Virus record (IMG/VR): IMGVR_UViG_3300024346_000003
Reading direction: 5' to 3' (one strand)
Source of the DNA: a virus
Taxonomy: Duplodnaviria; Caudoviricetes
Length of the DNA: 64,000 nucleotides
Shown: piece by piece, positions 57,156 to 64,000 of the stretch
Layout of the letters: every line of letters starts with the position of its first letter
How positions within the stretch are numbered: position 1 is the first letter of the stretch
Translations under genes and position numbers: made by a program
The notes under the pieces: generated by a model
Told to the model about the DNA's origin: nothing
The model's input: only the letters and a program-made list of their open reading frames with translations
Database searches by the model: none

Positions 57156-57339
57156 GGTGGTAATTTGTGGGGGAAATGCCGTTCTATATTTAAATTTCTT
57201 AAAATTTTGTGGAAAAATTATATAAAATCTCTTTAGCAGTCAGACTTTAAAGTACTAAATCCTTATAAATAATAGTTATTTAATTATTCCATAACATTTA
57301 TGTACCGAGTATCACATCATAATCCCACAAATTACCACC
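57156..57339. repeat. 16-bp perfect inverted repeat
   Basis: GGTGGTAATTTGTGGG (57156-57171) / CCCACAAATTACCACC (57324-57339). Confidence 0.85.
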
Positions 57340-57561
57340 AATTCCCACAAAACAACTAAATGTCCCTAAAAAGGTGTAACGTGCGATATACGGTACAAAT
57401 AGTACATCATTCTTCTGGGAATAGGGTACACATAATATAGTGTCTGTATGGGCTTAAAAAGTGCATATAAATAAATCCCCATAGAGTTATTTTCCTATGG
57501 GGATATATGGTATTGTTTATTATTTTCCGTATACACAAATGTGTATATGTGGGTATGTTAA

Positions 57562-57813
57562 TTACCCCAATTCAAATTCTTCAAACATTATAGTTAGGTC
57601 ACCTAGGTCTCTCCATTCTGATATTGTTTCTTCTAAATTTTCAGCTTTTAGGTATTCTATATAATATCCATGTATATCATCAATATTATGGATAAAATAA
57701 TTACCTTTTTCTGTACGGTAGATATCGCTATCACCATACTCACAATTTTTCAATGACACGATTAACGTAGATGTTTCTGTGTCAAAAACTAAACCATTAC
57801 TAATTCCTTTCAT
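57562..57813 (-). CDS. hypothetical protein
   Basis: 83-aa ORF after TATATTTG promoter. Confidence 0.65.
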   Translation of the reverse strand: MKGISNGLVFDTETSTLIVSLKNCEYGDSDIYRTEKGNYFIHNIDDIHGYYIEYLKAENLEETISEWRDLGDLTIMFEEFELG

Positions 57814-57846
57814 ATTTTTATTTTTTAAATTTATATTACAAATATA

Positions 57847-58542
57847 CTAATAATTTTTTATATGTGCAATTTTTTTATTTTGTTTTATTGCTATATATTT
57901 TTGGTATGTATTTGGTTGGGTATATTCTTTTCCAGTGATTGTTTTATAACCTAGTTTATTTAGTTCTTCTGCAATTTGTTTGAATGTCCAATTCTTTTTA
58001 TCTTTTTTATTTTTGATTAGTTTAATTACTTCTTTAGATTCGAATAGTCCACCTTTATGTCTATTAATAATTTGTGGGTATCTTCTTATATTATTTTTTG
58101 TATTGATTCTATATATTGAATCCACTGAAGTAAGATGTGTTGGTGATATAAGAATTGGTTCAGTTTTATTGGTAATTATTTTTGCTGTGTTTCCGTTAAT
58201 GAATTGTGATATTATTTCATTATTTCTTTTATTCATAATGAATGTGTTCAATGATTCATTTTGAATTGATTTAAATAAATCTGATAGTTTTGATTGCGGC
58301 AGATTATATTTTTTAATAATATCTTTATATTGTATATCATTATTAATATCGTTTAGGATATTTTGGTGCATTGTTTTTTTGTTGGTTCTAATTTTGTTCC
58401 AGATTGATATATTATTCTTTTTAGCTATTTGGTAGACTCTTTGTTTTGTTATATTGAATTTGGTTGCAATGGTTGTTAGAGTCCAATTGTTATCAATTAG
58501 ATTAATAATTTCTTTTTCTCTTTCTATATTTCTTTTTGACAT
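57847..58542 (-). CDS. multi-HTH DNA-binding protein
   Basis: WTLTTIATKFNITKQRVYQI HTH; WTFKQIAEELNKLGYKTITGK recombinase-like DNA-binding motif. Confidence 0.65.
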   Translation of the reverse strand: MSKRNIEREKEIINLIDNNWTLTTIATKFNITKQRVYQIAKKNNISIWNKIRTNKKTMHQNILNDINNDIQYKDIIKKYNLPQSKLSDLFKSIQNESLNTFIMNKRNNEIISQFINGNTAKIITNKTEPILISPTHLTSVDSIYRINTKNNIRRYPQIINRHKGGLFESKEVIKLIKNKKDKKNWTFKQIAEELNKLGYKTITGKEYTQPNTYQKYIAIKQNKKIAHIKNY

Positions 58543-58597
58543 GTTATTTCTTTTTATACAAAGATAGTAATAATATTTTAGTTATCCAAATTTATTT

Positions 58598-58927
58598 TTA
58601 TGACCATTTTTTTAATAGTTCTTCTAGGTGTTTAACTCTATCTTCTTTGCCTTGGACATTGCGTATTTCGTTTAGTTCTTTGTTCATTATTTCTAGTGCG
58701 TGATTAAATACTGATTGATACATTTCATCCATTCTTCTTGGCATATCTTCTGTTGGTATTCCTTGAATGCTATCACTGACTAATACTGGTTGTATATTTT
58801 TAACTTTTGGGAATTGTAAGTCTTCCCACTTTGTTTTTTCTTCCAGTTGTTTTTTAACTTGTTCATCAATTTCTGGGTTATTGTGTATATTTAACCAATC
58901 TGATATTATTGTATTTTTCTTTTTCAT
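58598..58927 (-). CDS. hypothetical protein
   Basis: ORF coupled to upstream gene. Confidence 0.6.
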   Translation of the reverse strand: MKKKNTIISDWLNIHNNPEIDEQVKKQLEEKTKWEDLQFPKVKNIQPVLVSDSIQGIPTEDMPRRMDEMYQSVFNHALEIMNKELNEIRNVQGKEDRVKHLEELLKKWS

Positions 58928-58928
58928 A

Positions 58929-59219
58929 TTACATTGATATAAAATGTTTATCACATTTAGTACATTTATATGGTAGTGGTGTTATTCTTGGGTTATCTGA
59001 CACTTTATCATTAGTTATGATATTATGTTGACAATCCCATTGAAACATAAAGTTAATAGCATTCTCTAATGATTCGCATGTAATACCATAACCTGTGCCG
59101 TCCATTCTTTTGGGTGTATAGTTCATATCATATGATGAATCATAGTCTGGTGATATGATTACTTTTCTTGGTTGTCCATTAGGTAGTGTAACTTCTACTG
59201 TGGTAAACTTTCTTTTCAT
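58929..59219 (-). CDS. hypothetical protein
   Basis: 96-aa ORF. Confidence 0.6.
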   Translation of the reverse strand: MKRKFTTVEVTLPNGQPRKVIISPDYDSSYDMNYTPKRMDGTGYGITCESLENAINFMFQWDCQHNIITNDKVSDNPRITPLPYKCTKCDKHFISM

Positions 59220-59397
59220 ATTAGGTTGATATAATAGTTTTATTATTTTTGATTTAATCTTTTTAATTCCTTTATTGGTTTTTTAATAAACCATTTTTTA
59301 TAGAATGGTAAATTATTCCATGATTCAATCTCCTCCCAATTGACTAATACATATGCGTGGTCTTCGGTGATAATAAAATGTTTTATAAATTCTTCAC

Positions 59398-59682
59398 TCA
59401 TATTTGTTTCGGTTTTTTATTCCAATTCATTACTATAAAAACATTTTCAAATGAACGTAAATCGTCTATTAATCTATTATAGCCAATATTGTAGTGAATC
59501 ATTTTACTTCTTGGGTAAGGGTATTCTGTCTCCAATCTTTTAAGTAACTCGGCATACTTTTCTTGAAGTGGGTTTTCCCAAATTGGTTTCTCATCTTTTT
59601 TAACTTTTTGTTTCTTAGATGGTGTTCCACTTTCTTCTATTTCTCTCCATAAACGTTCTGGGTCCATGTTAATATTACTCAT
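59398..59682 (-). CDS. hypothetical protein
   Basis: ATG overlapping stop of 59675-60043. Confidence 0.55.
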   Translation of the reverse strand: MSNINMDPERLWREIEESGTPSKKQKVKKDEKPIWENPLQEKYAELLKRLETEYPYPRSKMIHYNIGYNRLIDDLRSFENVFIVMNWNKKPKQI

Positions 59683-60043
59683 ATTTGTCTTCATATTTAT
59701 AATCAACATATAACAATACACCTGAAGGTTTCCAGGGGCCTTCATCATATTTCCATCTAACAAATTCTGAATAAGTTTCATATCCATGAACTTTAGCTTC
59801 ATAATCAAAGTAATCTCTGATAGTTCTTGCCATAGGCATATTTGGAAATTGAGGATGGTCAGCTGGAAATCTCTTAAATGACATATCATAGTCAACAAAT
59901 ATTTGAACATACTTCTCATATTCTTCATCTGTGATTATGGAAGGTTTTCCTGTATTATGAGATTGAAACTTTAGTTTATCAAACCAATGTTGGTATAGGG
60001 TGGTACGGTCTCTATTCTCTGATGCTTTATTGTAATCACTCAT
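59675..60043 (-). CDS. hypothetical protein
   Basis: 122-aa ORF, ATGA-coupled. Confidence 0.65.
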   Translation of the reverse strand: MSDYNKASENRDRTTLYQHWFDKLKFQSHNTGKPSIITDEEYEKYVQIFVDYDMSFKRFPADHPQFPNMPMARTIRDYFDYEAKVHGYETYSEFVRWKYDEGPWKPSGVLLYVDYKYEDKYE

Positions 60044-60501
60044 CTTTGTTTTTTATAATTTAAACATATTGCTAATTGCATTTTAAACCATCTGAGGTGG
60101 ATAGTATATGTAATGGTAGCACTGTTAATTCCCCCTTCATTTTCCATTATAAGTCTCCAATCTAATTTTTGAAAAATAATTGTGGGTATTATTACGACCA
60201 AATCACTTGGTCCTTTTGAATACGTTGGTTTTCTTAATTTAATCATACGTATTTGTTTTGGTTTAATTAAAACAGCTATATTATCACCTACTTGATGAAA
60301 AGCTTTTTCAAATCTTTCTATCCCTGTAACTTCATATAGGGCATTGTCTGTTTCACCATCTCTTATTCTTACAAGTTCTGTGATTGTGTCCCCCACCTTT
60401 ATATCACCACAATTGTTGTCTCGCCATCTAACGGTGATAATCTCACCTCTATTTCTAAGGGTGAACTTATCTTCATATATTAACTTGTATTCTTTACTCA
60501 T
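60040..60501 (-). CDS. protein with EF-Tu domain II-like N-terminus
   Basis: IYEDKFTLRNRGEIITVR..IKVGDTI..VTGIERFEK..VGDNIAVLI resembles EF-Tu barrel II. Confidence 0.6.
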   Translation of the reverse strand: MSKEYKLIYEDKFTLRNRGEIITVRWRDNNCGDIKVGDTITELVRIRDGETDNALYEVTGIERFEKAFHQVGDNIAVLIKPKQIRMIKLRKPTYSKGPSDLVVIIPTIIFQKLDWRLIMENEGGINSATITYTIHLRWFKMQLAICLNYKKQR

Positions 60502-60515
60502 CTTTTTGTATTTAG

Positions 60516-60722
60516 TTATCTTACAACTTCTATTTCATTATCATAATAATCAAGCCTGAATCCTTTGTAATAACATATATCCCATATGTCTTCTGGTAAA
60601 TCACCTCTAAGATTATCAAACATTATCATAAATTCACCATCATCAGTCACTTCCCAATATATGTCTGTAAATACCAAGCCATATTTAGTCTTGAGATATT
60701 GAGTCATTTCTTCTTTACTCAT
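60516..60722 (-). CDS. hypothetical protein
   Basis: 68-aa ORF. Confidence 0.6.
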   Translation of the reverse strand: MSKEEMTQYLKTKYGLVFTDIYWEVTDDGEFMIMFDNLRGDLPEDIWDICYYKGFRLDYYDNEIEVVR

Positions 60723-60853
60723 ATTTGTTTTGGTTTAAAATATTAATGATAAAATATTAATGATAATACTATAGGTATGCCTAACACTATAAGCACCCAT
60801 ATTATAACTCCTATTTGGTCGTAGATATCTTCTTTATTCATCTTTGTTTTGAT

Positions 60854-61249
60854 TTAAAAACTAAAATTTAATTGCCCACCTATTTCTAATTTATCATCCC
60901 ATAACCCAATGATTTTAGATATAAGTTCAGACCCGACATCAATCATCATAGGGCTCATATCAATCGCAACTTGCTCACAAGTATTCTTGGAGACGGTAAT
61001 TTCCCCAATGTTATTATATTTATGGTCTATTAACTGACCATACTTACTTCTCATTTTATTAACATCAAGTCTCCAAGTTTCATCATAAATTTGTTTAATA
61101 GTCTTACCATTAACCAACTCATTTTTATAAAGTGGTTCCCTTATAAAAACATCATTCACTACTTCTCTGAGTCCCTGTAATATTTGATGGGCACAACCAC
61201 CATCAAGCATACTATAGTAAAACGCTTGTTTATCTACACTATCAATCAT
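60854..61249 (-). CDS. hypothetical protein
   Basis: 131-aa ORF. Confidence 0.6.
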   Translation of the reverse strand: MIDSVDKQAFYYSMLDGGCAHQILQGLREVVNDVFIREPLYKNELVNGKTIKQIYDETWRLDVNKMRSKYGQLIDHKYNNIGEITVSKNTCEQVAIDMSPMMIDVGSELISKIIGLWDDKLEIGGQLNFSF

Positions 61250-61509
61250 CTTTGTTTTATTTTGTATTCACCAAATTTTTTTAACCACACACTCATTTCT
61301 TCTGTCAACTCATCCCAATACCTCGGTACTATAAGAATATCACCCCTTGTAGTTTCAAAAGTTTTATCATCAATTCTGTCTAACGTTTGTACTGTATCCA
61401 TCCACTCATGTGAAGGTAATGCCATTCTATCCCATGGAATAATGGATTTACCCCAACATGTTTTTTTTAACCATTCCCACCGTTCTTCTATTGATAATTC
61501 TTTATTCAT
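61246..61509 (-). CDS. hypothetical protein
   Basis: 87-aa ORF, ATGA-coupled. Confidence 0.6.
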   Translation of the reverse strand: MNKELSIEERWEWLKKTCWGKSIIPWDRMALPSHEWMDTVQTLDRIDDKTFETTRGDILIVPRYWDELTEEMSVWLKKFGEYKIKQR

Positions 61510-61660
61510 GCGGTTCTGTTTACTTTAATATCACCAACTTTAATCATTGATATTCTAATTTCTTCAATTGCGTCTTTTACCATCTCAGACATTTGTTCTT
61601 CTGTATAATTTACCCAATCAGAAACAACTTCCACTTCAACTTTATAAACTGTTGCCATAT

Positions 61661-61891
61661 TTATTTGTATATTTCTTTATAATTTGATTTAATTGAATCA
61701 AACTCTTCCTTTGTCATAGACATCCAAGCACCATAATCATAAGTAGATGCTTTATAAGTGTCAATAATTTGTCTACCTTCAGTTTCATCAATTAATGTTA
61801 ATCTGTCTTTCCAATGGAAACTCTGTTCAAGAAACAATCTTTTATTCGTTTTATGTTTCCAAACTTTTTTCCCATAATCATCTAATTCCAT
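61661..61891 (-). CDS. hypothetical protein
   Basis: 76-aa ORF. Confidence 0.6.
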   Translation of the reverse strand: MELDDYGKKVWKHKTNKRLFLEQSFHWKDRLTLIDETEGRQIIDTYKASTYDYGAWMSMTKEEFDSIKSNYKEIYK

Positions 61892-61908
61892 ATTATTTAT
61901 TTTATTTG

Positions 61909-62021
61909 TAGTCAGGACAGGATTCGAACCTGTACTTCATATAGTATACAATATGGTGTGTTTATACTTCACACTCTGCTTTAACCATTAAGGTGTGTGT
62001 CTACCATTCCACCACCTGACT
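61909..62021 (-). ncRNA. tRNA-like RNA with expanded middle (copy D)
   Basis: identical AGTCAGG/CCTGACT-A acceptor and T arm; Leu-type D arm TGGTGGAATGGTAGACAC; 113 nt. Confidence 0.7.
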
Positions 62022-62140
62022 ATTTGAGGTTGAGAACCTCTGTATTGTCTGTACTGTTGAATCTATCCCAAAGGGACATACTATTCATACATAGCATCTG
62101 TTCAGTTTTCCTTTCTCAAGGGAACAACACGTATTATAAA

Positions 62141-62494
62141 TTATTTTGTTACAACTGTGATAGTTGAGAATTCTGAATCACCATCTTTAGATAAATAAAA
62201 ATATGATGTAAATTCATTCTCATAATAAATTATCCAATATGGGTCACTATCCGAATCAACATCTTTAGGAAATTCAATACTTTGGTCATCATCACCGAGT
62301 ATTCTTTTCAATTCTTCTCTAGCTTCATTATGTTTTGCATAATAAAAAGAATAATTATCAAAATCTTTTGTACCTATAACATACCATTGCATAACGGGTA
62401 CATTAGATTTTTTATTTTTCACAGTTATTATTCCTTGGGCATTTGCCGCTACTGATGTAATCATTAAGATTACTGTTAAAATTAAATTTTTCAT
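62141..62494 (-). CDS. secreted hypothetical protein
   Basis: signal peptide MKNLILTVILMITSVAANA-Q. Confidence 0.7.
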   Translation of the reverse strand: MKNLILTVILMITSVAANAQGIITVKNKKSNVPVMQWYVIGTKDFDNYSFYYAKHNEAREELKRILGDDDQSIEFPKDVDSDSDPYWIIYYENEFTSYFYLSKDGDSEFSTITVVTK

Positions 62495-62560
62495 GTTTTT
62501 ATTTTTAAATTATTTTATAATACAAATATAGTAATAATATTTTACTTATGCAACTTTATT

Positions 62561-62740
62561 TTAATATTTGGACCTGATGACACCTTCTTCAATCATAAAC
62601 AATTGTTTCCAAAGATACTGTGCTGTTTCGTTATCACCAGTTTCTTTTATTTTAGTTATTTCATTATCCATTTGTTTGAAATCTTCTTCGGTTTCACATT
62701 TGAATAATCTTTCCAATATTTCTTGTTGTTCTTTATTCAT
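62561..62740 (-). CDS. small MNKEQQE-family protein
   Basis: ATG overlaps stop of upstream gene; shared N-terminus. Confidence 0.6.
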   Translation of the reverse strand: MNKEQQEILERLFKCETEEDFKQMDNEITKIKETGDNETAQYLWKQLFMIEEGVIRSKY

Positions 62741-63161
62741 AACTCTCAATTGTTTTATCGTTGTATGTTAGTGTGATTAGTTTGGTTGGGATGTTTTTTT
62801 CATTTAATGTTTCAATCCAATTATCTTTTACATCATCTGAAATAGGAATTAACAATTTAGTTTTAGTTAAAATATAATGTCTCTCTTCCAAACTCAACTC
62901 TCGTTCTTCAATCTTTAATCCCCACCTTTCAGAGAATTCTGTATCGGTTTTACATTTGTTGATGAATTCTTCTTGGTTATATGTTCTATACCCATATGTA
63001 AAAGATGGATTTGTGAAATGTTCATAATATCCATCATACTCAACTAAACATCCATCTAAATACCCCTTAATTTTATCTAACCCTGTTTCAATTCCATTTA
63101 TAGTGTATTCAAGATATTTCTCATAAGCCTCATCCAATAATTCTTGTTGTTCTTTATTCAT
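62733..63161 (-). CDS. ThyA-insertion-like protein (paralog 2)
   Basis: NQEEFINKCKTDTEFSERWG and RELSLEER match ThyA insertion segments. Confidence 0.75.
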   Translation of the reverse strand: MNKEQQELLDEAYEKYLEYTINGIETGLDKIKGYLDGCLVEYDGYYEHFTNPSFTYGYRTYNQEEFINKCKTDTEFSERWGLKIEERELSLEERHYILTKTKLLIPISDDVKDNWIETLNEKNIPTKLITLTYNDKTIESYE

Positions 63162-63279
63162 AACTTTCTATTGTTTTGTTGTCCTTAACAATTCCATTAA
63201 CTTCTCATACTCGTCAGGTAATTCTTTTTTTATTACCTCTAATTGATAGCCGAGTGGTGTTGTATATTTTTTCTTTTTC

Positions 63280-63654
63280 TTATTCATAACTTTCAATTGT
63301 TTTATCGTTGTATGTTATTGTGATTAGTTTGGTTGGAATTTTATAATCATTGCAATTCCCTTCATCTCCTTCTCTACCCCCACCCATTAGCATATCCCAT
63401 TCAAACGAATCAACATATTTATAACCTAATTCACATCTCTCCTCCAAACTCAACTCTCGTTCTTCAATCTTTAGTCCCCACCTCTCAGAAAACTCATCAT
63501 CTGTTTTGATTTTGTTGATGAATTCTTCTTGAGTAAACGGTCTATATTGTAATGGGTCTGAATAATTAACAATACCTGGTGTTTTGCTAGGTTCATACTT
63601 TTTTAGATAATTTTTATAGGCCTCACCCACTAATTCTTGTTGTTCTTTATTCAT
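63280..63654 (-). CDS. ThyA-insertion-like protein (paralog 1)
   Basis: AYKNY, TQEEFINKIKTDDEFSERWG, RELSLEERCEL, IPTKLI match ThyA segments. Confidence 0.75.
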   Translation of the reverse strand: MNKEQQELVGEAYKNYLKKYEPSKTPGIVNYSDPLQYRPFTQEEFINKIKTDDEFSERWGLKIEERELSLEERCELGYKYVDSFEWDMLMGGGREGDEGNCNDYKIPTKLITITYNDKTIESYE

Positions 63655-63932
63655 CTTTGTTTTTTATTATCTAAGTATTCTGTTTTATATCTTTGTATTA
63701 ATAATATGGATTCTCTTATTTTTACATCGTGAGTAGATTCGTGCAACATTTTTAATGTCTTATCAAACTCATCCATTGTCGGGTCTAGTTCTTCGGTCCA
63801 ACATTTTTTATCAGAATCGAACGTCATTATTTTATAGTTTGAAAAATCCCAATCTTTTTTATATTGTTCTGCGAACTCTGGGTCTTTTAGTTTTTTGATT
63901 AAATCACAAAAATTATTAACTTCTTTATTCAT
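63651..63932 (-). CDS. hypothetical protein; C-terminus paralogous to 7440-7586
   Basis: DEFDKTLKMLHESTHDVKIRESIL vs DDFDKTLKLLHESTHDEKIREAIL. Confidence 0.75.
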   Translation of the reverse strand: MNKEVNNFCDLIKKLKDPEFAEQYKKDWDFSNYKIMTFDSDKKCWTEELDPTMDEFDKTLKMLHESTHDVKIRESILLIQRYKTEYLDNKKQR

Positions 63933-64000
63933 AATCTTATGTTTTTGGTGCAAAAAAATATTCTATCACTGTTTCATCACTTGTATAATCATGTAATTCA

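Noticed and set aside
56185-57215. DnaA-box cluster
   Set aside because: Only isolated 8/9 matches (TTTTCCACA) in AT-rich DNA; not distinguishable from chance.
1-64000. Stop-codon reassignment (as in some large phages)
   Set aside because: Conserved enzymes (ThyA, ClpC, NAMPT-like, Prs-like) are full-length in the standard code, and TAA, TGA and TAG all occur at gene ends.

Overview
AT-rich segment of a large (jumbo-type) tailed phage genome using the standard genetic code. The host is most likely Bacteroidota: nearly every early gene has a TAnnTTTG (-7) / TTTGG-TTAGG (-33) host-type promoter, no Shine-Dalgarno sequence is evident, and there is a Bacteroidota-type lipoprotein. Positions 1-27.8 kb hold core, late and metabolic genes: a probable -1 frameshift fusion, acyl-CoA thioesterase, ThyA, KTSC, ClpC, GNAT, lytic transglycosylase, YkuK, an LRR protein, thioredoxin, a PcfJ-like protein, a Prs-like/NDT-like/NAMPT-like NAD operon, two ART-fold proteins and a tail-tube paralog. 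Many of these follow an ATATTTAT late-type promoter. A G-rich hairpin at ~28 kb marks the start of a ~28 kb array of ~60 small minus-strand genes, most with their own copy of one conserved promoter module (~45 copies). Scattered in this array are eight copies of an unrecognised promoter-driven structured small RNA (GGGCUGA-hairpin-AGAGUAGACUCC) and palindromic TACAC-N4-GTGTA sites. The array also holds a tRNA cluster (Arg-UCU and a CAU tRNA), tRNA-shaped RNAs with constant acceptor/T arms but variable middles, and a ~400-nt repeat-rich non-coding transcript. An origin-like region at ~56-57.5 kb carries a consensus parS site. The right end holds tandem small genes built from the ThyA insertion segments, preceded by a paralog of the gene upstream of thyA. 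All family assignments come from motif recognition by eye; no database searches were run.
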